A DNA stretch of 39,448 bases, from assembly GCA_964554065.1 (NCBI GenBank), contig CAZKMQ010000002.1, positions 1 through 39,448 on the forward strand, read 5' to 3'. The position numbers and the translations under genes are program-made. Below are positions 6,850-15,468 of this stretch, piece after piece (positions within the stretch are counted from its first letter, which is position 1; each line of letters begins with the position of its first letter). The DNA is from an uncultured Gammaproteobacteria bacterium. Lineage in GTDB: Bacteria > Patescibacteriota > Patescibacteriia > Magasanikbacterales > JBBTQS01. Under the pieces are notes generated by a model, which saw only the letters and a list, made by a program, of their open reading frames with translations, searched no databases and was not told where the DNA came from.

Positions 6850-7215
6850 TTATACTGTAGGTGCTGGTGGCTCTGGGGCAGGTGTAGGTTCAGGAGCGGG
6901 CTCAGGCGCTGGCTCTGGCTCACTTGGCCCGCCTTGGGATTTCTTTAGTGCTTCTTTAAGGTTCTTTCCAGCTTTGAATTTTGCTACTTTGGTTGGGTGG
7001 ATTGTGATTTTCTCTGATGTGTTCTGTGGATTCACACCAATGCGCCCTGCGCGCACGCGTGATGAGAATGTACCAAATCCTGCAAGTACTACTTCGCCAT
7101 CCTTAGCCAATTGGCTGGTGGCTATATCCATGAAAGCCTGCACCATATCTTCTGCTTCTTTTTTTGTGACATTTGCCCGTGCTGAAATTGCTTCAGCGAG
7201 TTCTGATTTGTTCAT
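6850..7215 (-). CDS. hup: HU-family DNA-binding protein with a Pro/Glu/Ala-rich C-terminal extension
   Basis: The HU core is MNKSELAEAISAR...FGTFSSRVRAGRIGVNPQNTSEKITIHPTKVAKFKAGK, followed by the tail GGPSEPEPAPEPAPEPTPAPEPPAPTV. AGAGGGG is the SD upstream. Confidence 0.9.
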   Translation of the reverse strand: MNKSELAEAISARANVTKKEAEDMVQAFMDIATSQLAKDGEVVLAGFGTFSSRVRAGRIGVNPQNTSEKITIHPTKVAKFKAGKNLKEALKKSQGGPSEPEPAPEPAPEPTPAPEPPAPTV

Positions 7216-7296
7216 AATGATACCCCTCTTTTTGAGGCTAAGATTTACATCCCTAATATATCATAAATTAGGGAAATAATCATGGTGTGGAAAACT

Positions 7297-8811
7297 TTAC
7301 CGTGCGTATTCCATAACTCGAGTCTCTCGAATCACGATCACTTTGATCTCACCAGGGTGCTTAAGCTCTGCTTCAATCTCGCGTGCAATATCTTTTGCCA
7401 TGTTGTATGCGCCATAGTCATCAAGCTCTTTTGGGTTCACAAATACACGGATTTCACGTCCTGCTTGAATAGCATAAGCCTTTTCAACTCCTTTTTGTCG
7501 CAAGGCAATGTTTTCCAAATCTTCAAGACGTTGCACATATTGTTCGTATGAATCGCGGCGTGCTCCAGGGCGAGCGCCTGATAGTGCATCAGCAACTTTG
7601 GAGATTGATCCTAGTAATGTCTTAGGCTTGTCTTCATGGTGTGCAATGCAACAGTATGCGATCTCTTCTGGGTAGTTGAACTTTTTCATAATAGTGTACC
7701 CAATTTCTGGGTGTCCGCCTTGTGTCTCGTGATCTACAGCCTTTCCAATATCGTGGAAAAGTCCAGCAATCTTAGCAGCTTGTGGGTCAGCGCCAAGTTC
7801 TTTAGCTAGCATTGTACACATATATGCTACTTCTTTGGCGTGGTTCAGCTGGTTTTGGCCGTAACTTGTTCGGTATTTCAAGCGTCCTAGGATTGAAACC
7901 AACTTAGGGTCTGTTCCTGTAATACCAAGTTCGTATAATGTTTCTTCACCAGCTTTTTTAATGTCCAAAGCCAGTTCTTTCTTTGCTTCTTCTACGAAAT
8001 TCTCAATGCGAGCTGGGTGAATTCGTCCGTCTTTAATTAGTTTTTCAAGTGCGATGCGTGCTACCTGACGACGAATTGGCGCGTAGCTGGCAATAGTAAC
8101 CACGCCAGGAGTTTCATCGATAATAAGTTCACAGCCAGTAAGACGCTCAATGGTTCGGATATTGCGTCCTTCTTTCCCAATAATGCGCCCTTTCAAATCT
8201 TCACTTTCAAGCTTAACCGTTGATGTGGCGTTTTCAGAAATACAAGATGCAGCATAGCGTTCCATTACTGTGCTCAAAATTCGGTTGGCTTTGCGGTCGT
8301 ACTCTTCTGAGTTAGCGTGATCAAGCTTCATAATGCGCATAGCCAAGTCTTCGCTTGCGCTTTTTTCCACTTGATTAAACAGTTCTTCCTTAGCTTCTTC
8401 AACTGAAAGTCGAGCAACTCCTTCTAGTTTTTTAACTTCTTGCTGACGGATTTGTTCTACTTCACCAGCTTTATTTTTTACCATTTCAATTTGTTCCTTG
8501 AGTTTTTCTTGGCGATCTTGGAACTCCATGAGCTTATTGTCAAACATGCTTTCACGCTTTTCAATACGTGATTGCATCTGCTTGAGTTCGCCGCGGCGGT
8601 TATTCTCTTCTTTTTTTGCTTCATCCAAAACTTTCATAGCCTTATCCTTAGCTTCCAGCATAATTTGCTGTTGCTTAGTCTTGGCTTGAGTGATCATTTT
8701 GTCAGCCTTGGCCTCCATTGAATTGGCATTAGCTGCGGCAATTTGCTTACGCAAAAGATACCCAACTAAAAGACCAATCAACGCGGCAATTATAATGATA
8801 AATTGTTGCAT
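7297..8811 (-). CDS. rny: Ribonuclease Y
   Basis: The architecture is an N-terminal TM helix, a coiled-coil, a KH domain (GRIIGKEGRNIRTIERLTG) and an HD domain (HDIGKAVDHE...HH). It is collinear with Bacillus Rny and ends in the conserved VIRETRVMEYAR. The start is set at MQQFIII; the alternative start at 8838 adds 9 aa. Confidence 0.9.
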   Translation of the reverse strand: MQQFIIIIAALIGLLVGYLLRKQIAAANANSMEAKADKMITQAKTKQQQIMLEAKDKAMKVLDEAKKEENNRRGELKQMQSRIEKRESMFDNKLMEFQDRQEKLKEQIEMVKNKAGEVEQIRQQEVKKLEGVARLSVEEAKEELFNQVEKSASEDLAMRIMKLDHANSEEYDRKANRILSTVMERYAASCISENATSTVKLESEDLKGRIIGKEGRNIRTIERLTGCELIIDETPGVVTIASYAPIRRQVARIALEKLIKDGRIHPARIENFVEEAKKELALDIKKAGEETLYELGITGTDPKLVSILGRLKYRTSYGQNQLNHAKEVAYMCTMLAKELGADPQAAKIAGLFHDIGKAVDHETQGGHPEIGYTIMKKFNYPEEIAYCCIAHHEDKPKTLLGSISKVADALSGARPGARRDSYEQYVQRLEDLENIALRQKGVEKAYAIQAGREIRVFVNPKELDDYGAYNMAKDIAREIEAELKHPGEIKVIVIRETRVMEYAR

Positions 8812-9024
8812 ACGCGTGTGCGTATTTCTAAGATGCAAATATGCGGACCAATGGTCCGTGCGTGATCTAGTGAGTTTTTCCCCGAGAAATCAGCATAATG
8901 GGGAACAAAGGAGTTAAAGTCAAACTATCTCTACACATCGATTCTTCCGCAAACAACAGCACTCAGAAATACCAGTTATGTTTATAAGAATATAGTATGC
9001 TCAGCATACCGTATTTGGGTGAGG

Positions 9025-9053
9025 TTGACAAGAGTATCCACATATGGTAGGCT
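9025..9053 (+). promoter_or_regulatory. Promoter candidate (TTGACA-N17-TAGGCT)
   Basis: The -35 is perfect and the -10 is weak. An alternative -10, TACAAT, lies at about 9075-9080. Confidence 0.4.
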
Positions 9054-9120
9054 TTTCGTCTGCGCTGTTATGCGGTACAATAGTGCAGCCTGAGAACTCA
9101 AAAACACATAGGAGGGGTTA

Positions 9121-9456
9121 TTGAGTAATCAAAGTAGTAATTCTGGACACGCGATGTGTGTCAAATGCAAGCGGGAATATCCCATTCCTGCGTGTGTTAC
9201 CTCGTCCATTGATTCCATGGAGCGCGCCAAGTCTCGCAGGGGAGAGCTCGGTGCACTGACTATGGAGGATGTGGTCAAGTATCATGTTCATTGTGGTAGA
9301 GATTCACGGCATGTTGTCGGAGAGATCCACCAGCTTCGCACAGTAATGAGTCAGATAAGCCGTATTTCGCGGCGCAAGTCTGGCGTTACCACGCGCAAAG
9401 CATCCACTGCAAGGACTCGCGGTGGCCGAAAAGATCGTACGCGTACATACGCGTAG
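9121..9456 (+). CDS. GC-rich small Cys-rich protein with an Arg-rich tail (paralog C of the 1775/2748 family)
   Basis: A TTG start follows AGGAGGGG by 5 nt; an in-frame ATG lies at 9154. The motifs are CVKCKREYPIPAC...LTMEDVVKYHVHCGRDSRH, which align with LTADDILTVATCRRCGRR and LTDDLKVLAVCGRRC. The tail is RRKSGVTTRKASTARTRGGRKDRTRT. A sampled line is 58% GC. Confidence 0.6.
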   Translation: MSNQSSNSGHAMCVKCKREYPIPACVTSSIDSMERAKSRRGELGALTMEDVVKYHVHCGRDSRHVVGEIHQLRTVMSQISRISRRKSGVTTRKASTARTRGGRKDRTRTYA

Positions 9457-9477
9457 AGTACAAACAATCCAATAAGG

Positions 9478-9530
9478 CTCTGAGAATAACGCGCGTCCTA
9501 TACCGGGACCATTTCTCAGAGCTTTTTCTT
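9478..9530 (+). terminator. Intrinsic terminator (long hairpin)
   Basis: The 10-bp stem gctctgagaa/ttctcagagc encloses a sub-hairpin and is followed by tttttcttttt. Confidence 0.65.
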
Positions 9531-9531
9531 T

Positions 9532-10194
9532 TTAGAAAGTTTTTGTTTGCCAGTTTTTTGAATCAAGTTCAGCAATTTCATGCGCATCTTCAAGTGAGTA
9601 TTCTCCAATTGATGTGCGTGTTAATTTTTCTGCAAACGCTCCACATCCCAAAGCTTGGCCAATATAATGAACCAGAGTGCGGATGTATGTTCCTGTTGAA
9701 CACTTTACTTCTAGTGTTGCGTGGCATGGATCAATTTTTAAGATGTTTATTGAGTGGATGTTTATGGTGGATGGTTTGCGTTTTATTTCTTTGCCTTGGC
9801 GGGCAAGTTCATACAGTTTTTTGCCTTTGACTTTTTTGGCGGAAAACATTGGCGGGGTTTGCTTAATTTGGCCGATGAACTGTGGAATGGTTTTTTCTAA
9901 AAGCTCATGAGTAATTGGTGTGTTCAGCGGGGTGGGGGAAACCACGCCATCAATATCTTGGGTATCTGAAGTTGCGCCAAAATGAGCAGTGACGTGATAG
10001 GTTTTGTCTAGTATTTTGAATTCATCCAAGCGGCGTGTGGATTCGCGGCTGATCCCAACAATAAGTAAACCTGATGCAAACGGATCAAGTGTGCCGGCAT
10101 GGCCGATGCGGCGCTCGCCGGTGATTGACCGGAGTTTGGCGACAATATCGTGAGATGTCCAGGAAATCGGCTTGTTTATGAGGATAAATGGCAT
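9532..10194 (-). CDS. truB: tRNA pseudouridine-55 synthase
   Basis: TruB motifs are present: GHAGTLDPFASGLL (catalytic Asp), PPMFSAKKVKGKKLYELAR and CSTGTYIRTL. Confidence 0.9.
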   Translation of the reverse strand: MPFILINKPISWTSHDIVAKLRSITGERRIGHAGTLDPFASGLLIVGISRESTRRLDEFKILDKTYHVTAHFGATSDTQDIDGVVSPTPLNTPITHELLEKTIPQFIGQIKQTPPMFSAKKVKGKKLYELARQGKEIKRKPSTINIHSINILKIDPCHATLEVKCSTGTYIRTLVHYIGQALGCGAFAEKLTRTSIGEYSLEDAHEIAELDSKNWQTKTF

Positions 10195-10277
10195 GGGGTT
10201 GGTAGCGACGAAATTGAGGAAAGTGGGAATGTATTTCCAATTTCCGAGATAAGGAAGTTCAAGCGAGCAAAGCGAGC

Positions 10278-10306
10278 TTGACAGATTTAATGATTTCTGC
10301 TATTAT
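10278..10306 (+). promoter_or_regulatory. Promoter (TTGACA-N17-TATTAT)
   Basis: The -35 is perfect with 17-nt spacing. An adjacent imperfect palindrome, tcaagcgagcaaagcgagcttga, overlaps the -35. Confidence 0.6.
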
Positions 10307-10397
10307 CTCCTGTCCGCTCATTTAATACAAATGGCTTCAGATGCTTGGGATAACCTAGGCATCTGCAGCTACAGGAGCTGCGAAAAGCGAGGTAGTC

Positions 10398-10724
10398 ATG
10401 GAACAGACTGCAAAAAGCAAACTCATGATGGATCTGCTGGTTCTGTCTGGGGATTTTCCCGAGACCATGAGTTTGATCAATGGAAGCCGAGAGCAAGGAG
10501 CGGAAAGGTTGCTCTACGCACTTGGCTTTGTCTACTGCGATGCGCTGGAAAATGGACTGTTGTCCAAGCGAATCAAAAAGGCAATTATCGCAACTGGAGA
10601 TTTTCTGCTTGAGCCTGGTTGTTGGGAAAACCGCCAGAAGATGCATTGCTTGGCAGGACTGCTCAAAGACGCGGCAATGTCGTTGATGACGCAGGGGCAG
10701 AGGGATAAGTTGCGAGCGGTGTAG
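10398..10724 (+). CDS. Hypothetical small helical protein (orphan)
   Basis: GAGGTAG lies upstream of the ATG, and the gene has plus-strand promoter and terminator signals. The translation is protein-like, whereas the longer antisense ORF (10287-10790) is rich in C, H, Q, R and S and lacks signals. Confidence 0.55.
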   Translation: MEQTAKSKLMMDLLVLSGDFPETMSLINGSREQGAERLLYALGFVYCDALENGLLSKRIKKAIIATGDFLLEPGCWENRQKMHCLAGLLKDAAMSLMTQGQRDKLRAV

Positions 10725-10791
10725 TTCATACAGTGTGTTGTGATTAATAGCTCGCTGATGCACATACCCATTTGTTATAATCACGCACAAT

Positions 10792-10828
10792 CCACCACTT
10801 ACTTAACGTGAGTGGTGGCTCTTTTTTT
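10792..10828 (+). terminator. Intrinsic terminator
   Basis: The 8-bp stem ccaccact/agtggtgg is followed by ctcttttttt. Confidence 0.75.
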
Positions 10829-10837
10829 ACTCTAATC

Positions 10838-10865
10838 TTGCTTTTTTTAGCGATTTTGCTATACT
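10838..10865 (+). promoter_or_regulatory. Promoter (TTGCTT-N16-TATACT) directly upstream of infB
   Basis: The -10 ends 9 nt before the infB ATG, which implies a leaderless or near-leaderless mRNA. Confidence 0.45.
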
Positions 10866-10874
10866 CTCACCACT

Positions 10875-12893
10875 ATGAACGTCACTGAATTAGCCCGCAG
10901 AATGCGAATGAACACACACACGCTCCTGGAAATCCTCCCGGAGTTTGGTTTTGATATTGGTAAAAAGGCTATTAAGGTGGATGATCGTGTGGCGCAGAAG
11001 ATTATGCGGCAAAGTCGTCGTATTAAGGAGTCTTTGGAAAAACGCAAGAAAGTTGAAGCTGATAAGCAGAAGCAGCTTGAGAAGGAAATGCGTCAGGAGC
11101 GCGGTGAATCAGTGTCTATTCCTGATGTAATTACGGTTCGGGATTTTGCGGATCGTCTTGGGTTGCCGGTGACTGCGGTTATTACTGAGTTGATGAAAAA
11201 CGGGATTTTGGCAAATTTGAATCAAAATATTGATCGGGATACGGCTACGGTCCTTGCTGAAGACTTAGGATTTACTGTGGCTACAGATGAAGGTGAGGAT
11301 GAATCTGGAGAAAGCACTGAAGTTGTTGATGCATTGGAAACTGCGCTTGAAAGTCAGAATAAAGACAAGATGCAATCACGTCCTCCAGTTGTTGTGGTGA
11401 TGGGGCATGTTGATCATGGTAAAACACGGTTGCTTGATAGTGTGCGCGAGACCAATGTGATTGATACTGAGTCTGGAGGAATTACGCAGCATATTGGTGC
11501 GTATCAGGTTTCAAAACAAGACCAATTGATGACTTTTATTGATACTCCAGGACATGAGGCGTTCACAGTGATGCGAAGTCGTGGTGCTCGGATTGCAGAC
11601 ATTGCTATTCTGGTGGTTGCCGCAGACGACGGCGTGATGCCACAAACTGTTGAGGCGATTAATATTATTCAGGCGGCGAAGTTGCCAATGATTGTAGCGA
11701 TTAATAAGATTGATAAGCCAGAAGCTAATGTTGAGAAAGTAAAGACAGAATTATCGCAGCGCAACATTGTTCCAGAAGAGTGGGGAGGTAAAGTTCCAAT
11801 GGTTTCTATTTCAGCTAAGGATGGAACGAATATCCCTGACCTTTTGGATACTATTTTGCTAGTGGCGGAAATGGAAACAGAAAATATTAAGGCGGTTCCA
11901 GGACGTGCTGCTGTGGGAACAGTGATTGAATCGCACGTGGATAAAGGTGAGGGTCCAGTTGCAACTATTTTAGTTCAAGCTGGAACATTGAATCGTGGTG
12001 ATGCACTTGTTGTGAACAATCAAATTTATGGAACAGTACGAGCGATGCGCGATTATACTGGCGCTGATGTTTCTGCGGCAGAACCAAGTACACCGGTGAA
12101 AATTCTTGGGTTTAAGTCTGCGCCGCAGGTCGGGGACATTCTTGATGTGTCGCAAAGAAAGAGCGCAACTAAAGTTAAAAAGACTCGCGGCAGTGGTGCA
12201 AAACCTCCAGTAACTCAACAAGCAGCTGCAGCTGAAAATGAAGATGATGGAAAGAAGAAGGTTTTGAATATTGTTATTCGTGCTGATGTACTTGGTTCAT
12301 TGGAAGCGATCACTAACTCTATTGAAAAGTTTCAACACGAAGAAGTTGCTGTTAAGGTTGTATCTAAAGGCCTTGGAAATATTACAGAAACAGACGTTGA
12401 TAAAGCGCAAGGAAGTGGAGCTCAGATCTTTGCATTCCATGTGCAGGTGCCAGCAACAGCAAAAGAGCTTGCCGGAACCAAGGAAGTTAAAGTGAAGAAG
12501 TTCGAAGTGATTTATGCGCTGCTTGAATATATTGAGGATGAGTTGCAAAAGCTCTTGCCATCTGAGAAGATTGTAACTGAGCATGGGACAGCGCAGGTGT
12601 TGGCGATTTTCCGTACAGATAAGTCAGGTATGACAGTTGGTTGTAAGATTACATCTGGGAAATTTGTTAAGGGGGCTAAAATTCGTGTCACTCGTGGCGA
12701 ATATCAAGAGGGAATTGGTGTGGCGGAAAGTTTGCAAATTGGAACATCAAAAGAATCTGAGGTGCACGAGGGAACTGAATTTGGTATGCGCTTTGATGGG
12801 AAGACAAAGGTACATGTTGATGATATACTGGAGGCCTATACTGAAGAAATTAAGGAGCGTAAGATTGCATTCAAGCATCTTGCGGATAAATAA
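10875..12893 (+). CDS. infB: Translation initiation factor IF-2
   Basis: GTPase motifs are present: [13 protein letters not shown] and NKID. The C-terminal IF2 domains are typical. Confidence 0.95.
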   Translation: MNVTELARRMRMNTHTLLEILPEFGFDIGKKAIKVDDRVAQKIMRQSRRIKESLEKRKKVEADKQKQLEKEMRQERGESVSIPDVITVRDFADRLGLPVTAVITELMKNGILANLNQNIDRDTATVLAEDLGFTVATDEGEDESGESTEVVDALETALESQNKDKMQSRPPVVVVMGHVDHGKTRLLDSVRETNVIDTESGGITQHIGAYQVSKQDQLMTFIDTPGHEAFTVMRSRGARIADIAILVVAADDGVMPQTVEAINIIQAAKLPMIVAINKIDKPEANVEKVKTELSQRNIVPEEWGGKVPMVSISAKDGTNIPDLLDTILLVAEMETENIKAVPGRAAVGTVIESHVDKGEGPVATILVQAGTLNRGDALVVNNQIYGTVRAMRDYTGADVSAAEPSTPVKILGFKSAPQVGDILDVSQRKSATKVKKTRGSGAKPPVTQQAAAAENEDDGKKKVLNIVIRADVLGSLEAITNSIEKFQHEEVAVKVVSKGLGNITETDVDKAQGSGAQIFAFHVQVPATAKELAGTKEVKVKKFEVIYALLEYIEDELQKLLPSEKIVTEHGTAQVLAIFRTDKSGMTVGCKITSGKFVKGAKIRVTRGEYQEGIGVAESLQIGTSKESEVHEGTEFGMRFDGKTKVHVDDILEAYTEEIKERKIAFKHLADK

Positions 12894-12901
12894 AAACATA
12901 T

Positions 12902-13219
12902 ATGGATTTAACAGATGCAAACTTTCAAAAAGAAGTTCTTGAGTCAGACAAGCCGGTGCTTGTGGATTTCTGGGCGCCGTGGTGTGGTCCATGTCAGATT
13001 ATTAAGCCGATTATGGAAGATTTGATTGCAGAGTATGCGGACAAGGACATTGTGATCGGAAAGATGAATGTGGATGAGAACGGCGAGACTGCTAGTAAGT
13101 TCGGAATTATGAGTTTGCCTTCTTTCAAAGTGTTCAAGGGCGGCAAGATTGTCAATGAGGCAGTTGGTGGAATTGGTCGTGATGGTGTTGTGAAATTGAT
13201 TGAAAGCGCTTTGGAATAA
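12902..13219 (+). CDS. trxA: Thioredoxin
   Basis: It is 105 aa with the active site WAPWCGPC. Confidence 0.95.
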   Translation: MDLTDANFQKEVLESDKPVLVDFWAPWCGPCQIIKPIMEDLIAEYADKDIVIGKMNVDENGETASKFGIMSLPSFKVFKGGKIVNEAVGGIGRDGVVKLIESALE

Positions 13220-13240
13220 TTTTATTTGTGGTGGATTTTA

Positions 13241-13272
13241 AAAGCCCTCGACTAATGGTCGGGGCTTTTTGG
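13241..13272. terminator. Bidirectional intrinsic terminator
   Basis: The stem is agccc(t)cgac/gtcggggct, flanked by aaaa on one side and ttttt on the other, between convergent genes. Confidence 0.75.
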
Positions 13273-13293
13273 TTAGTGGTTTTTTTGTTTGGA

Positions 13294-13743
13294 CTAGTTG
13301 TCCACCCAACGGCATGGTGGGAATCCGGTTCTTGGGATTTTCACCCGGTCGATTCGCATGGCTAATGAGCGAATGTTATGTTCCGGGTTGCTGTGAATGT
13401 GCCGCGCTAGAGCCACTTCAACATCGCAGCGCATGGAGATGATCTCTATCTCGTAGTCATAGTTGCGGCCATGTGTGAAGTATGGAGAAATTTCCCAGAG
13501 AGCTATGTTGCAGTTGTCTACAACGATACACTCGCGGCCTTGCTTGACAGCATGAACGAACTTACTCCAGCAGTACATGTGTGCTTGAGTGAGTTCCTCT
13601 GGGTTGAAACGGAATTCTCCAGAGATCGAGTCGATGAAGTACCTGTCGGCACTGCATACTGTTGCGTCTTTGAAGTGTTTTTCTTGGTAGTGAGTTTTCC
13701 CAGAGCCGGGAATACCACGCATGATCTTGATTTGCTTGGCCAT
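13294..13743 (-). CDS. P-loop NTPase / nucleotide-kinase-like protein
   Basis: The start is set at MAKQIKIM, preceded by GGAGGAC. A Walker A motif (GIPGSGKTH) is present. The small size of about 149 aa resembles AAA_33 / polynucleotide-kinase-like proteins, but the family assignment is tentative. Confidence 0.55.
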   Translation of the reverse strand: MAKQIKIMRGIPGSGKTHYQEKHFKDATVCSADRYFIDSISGEFRFNPEELTQAHMYCWSKFVHAVKQGRECIVVDNCNIALWEISPYFTHGRNYDYEIEIISMRCDVEVALARHIHSNPEHNIRSLAMRIDRVKIPRTGFPPCRWVDN

Positions 13744-13800
13744 TTTGTCCTCCAGTGCCCTAGGTAAAACAAGAAAATATAATAGCATGAAATTGGGATT

Positions 13801-13846
13801 TTGTCAAGCTATTGTACTTGACAAACAATCAAAAATTTGCTAGTGT
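13801..13846 (+). promoter_or_regulatory. Promoter (TTGACA-N17-TAGTGT) embedded in an 8-bp perfect inverted repeat
   Basis: The inverted repeat is ttgtcaag (13801-13808) and cttgacaa (13817-13824), and it overlaps the -35 at 13818-13823. Confidence 0.45.
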
Positions 13847-13999
13847 TATCTAGCTAATCCCAAGCGGGAGAAGCTACCATAATTCTGCGTAAAGTTCGTG
13901 GTCCGCTGTGAAACCGGCACGAGGTAGAGGCATGGGAAACATGTTGCGCTAAACCCGCAATGTAGTGAGAGTTTTTTACAATAGATAGAGAGGTGAAAC

Positions 14000-15379
14000 A
14001 TGACTGTTCGTACCGGTCGTGTAAGTGCCCAGGAGAAAGCGCGTCGCGAACGCGTTGCAGGAAGTCTTGCTGGTAAGTTCGGCAAAGCTACTGACATGAT
14101 TCTCCAGGGAAAGCGTACACCTGATCAAGCAAAAGTACTGGAGCGAGCGCTACAAGCGTTTCGTGATGGTCAGCTTGTGGGTGTTGTGTGTAGAGCGCAA
14201 ACCGCAGATGCAGCACAGCTGCAGCCAGTATTGTCACTTCTTGTGGCAGACTCGGCTATGCCTGATGATCTGAAGAAGTACTTCCGCCAACGTGGTGTGC
14301 GGTACATCGGTGAGATCTACAAGCTGATCTGGGATAATCGCGGTAAGGGCATGCGTGAGCGTCGTGAGCAAGTCTTTGACTTTCTTAAGTTGACGCTTGG
14401 TTTGCCAGAACAAGTGAACGTGGATGTGATGTGGCGGCCCCCATACTGGGACGATGCAGGATTCCTCGCTTTGCTGAACCAGCCTGTGGGCGCAGTGGTG
14501 ACTGATACTGGTTATTACGATCGCGGCAAGCATGGTAGAGGAAGCTATCGTCCAGGTCATCGTTGGATGTATGCTAGAAAAACCCGGATGCGTTTTCTGC
14601 ATGAAAAGGGTATTCACTACGCTGGTGACTATCTGCGGTCTGGTCGTGTTCCTGAACCTGGTTCCCATGGTACTACTCTGGGTGACTGGGGTATGGGATC
14701 GATTAAGAACAAGCAGTCCACCTTGCAGAAGAACAGTGGGTTGTGGGCTGCTGCGCTTGTGCCACTGGACTGGTCTGCTCCTAAGGAGATTCCGTCTGAG
14801 TGGGTGGAAGAGCTGCTGCTGATCGATCAAGAGATGGCAGAAGACGAAGCTCGTGCTTTAGAGCGTGAGCAAGAAGCACAGCGCAAGCATGAAGAGCAGT
14901 ACAATCTTGAAGAGCGTAAGCGCCGGGTGTTTGAAAAATCTCACGGATTGATTTATGCATTTCGAGCGTCTTTGGCTTCTCCTACTGACGTTTATGAGTA
15001 TCTAAGGGGGTTGAATCTCTTTCGGTCGGTGGATGAGCTCGAGATTTCTGTGCGTAACTCCATCACTTTGCGTAACGCCAGAATTCGTTTTGTTGGTGAG
15101 CTGGTCTGTAGAACTGAAGCGGAGTATCTCAGGTTCAAGAATTCTGGTAGGAAGTCCTTGAAGGAGATCAGGGAAGCTCTTGCAGAGATGGGGTTGTCCT
15201 TGGGGATGTTCCAGGATCCGATTTCGCTGGGTTACCTTAATGCGGTTCTGAGTGTTTGCAAAACAGGTGTTTCATCTGCGCAACAAGACTACGAGTTGAT
15301 CAAGGGTGCTCTTATCAAGCATAGAGCGGCGACAAATCCTGATCCACTGGCTGAAGCGTGGGAGGACGCTGAAGAGTAG
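14000..15379 (+). CDS. GC-rich hypothetical protein with a C-terminal RNA polymerase alpha-subunit CTD-like (helix-hairpin-helix) domain
   Basis: GAGGTG is the SD. The C-terminal segment [60 protein letters not shown] matches the RpoA CTD pattern (LELSVRxxNCLKxxxIxxIGDLxxxTExELLxxxNxGKKSLxEIKxxLxxxGLSLG). A sampled line is 57% GC. Confidence 0.65.
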   Translation: MTVRTGRVSAQEKARRERVAGSLAGKFGKATDMILQGKRTPDQAKVLERALQAFRDGQLVGVVCRAQTADAAQLQPVLSLLVADSAMPDDLKKYFRQRGVRYIGEIYKLIWDNRGKGMRERREQVFDFLKLTLGLPEQVNVDVMWRPPYWDDAGFLALLNQPVGAVVTDTGYYDRGKHGRGSYRPGHRWMYARKTRMRFLHEKGIHYAGDYLRSGRVPEPGSHGTTLGDWGMGSIKNKQSTLQKNSGLWAAALVPLDWSAPKEIPSEWVEELLLIDQEMAEDEARALEREQEAQRKHEEQYNLEERKRRVFEKSHGLIYAFRASLASPTDVYEYLRGLNLFRSVDELEISVRNSITLRNARIRFVGELVCRTEAEYLRFKNSGRKSLKEIREALAEMGLSLGMFQDPISLGYLNAVLSVCKTGVSSAQQDYELIKGALIKHRAATNPDPLAEAWEDAEE

Positions 15380-15402
15380 TAGTCTAGCATCGTAACTAAC
15401 AA

Positions 15403-15440
15403 GGCCCAAGCAGCAACAACTGCTTGGGCCTTTACTTTTG
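15403..15440 (+). terminator. Intrinsic terminator
   Basis: The 11-bp perfect stem ggcccaagcag/ctgcttgggcc is followed by tttacttttg. Confidence 0.8.
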
Positions 15441-15468
15441 TCTGGTTTTTCGCCACAATGGAGTCACT

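Noticed and set aside
10287-10790. This is a 167-aa minus-strand ORF between truB and infB.
   Set aside because: Its composition, rich in C, H, Q, R and S, is not protein-like. Promoter, SD and terminator signals all support the plus-strand 108-aa ORF (10398-10724) instead.
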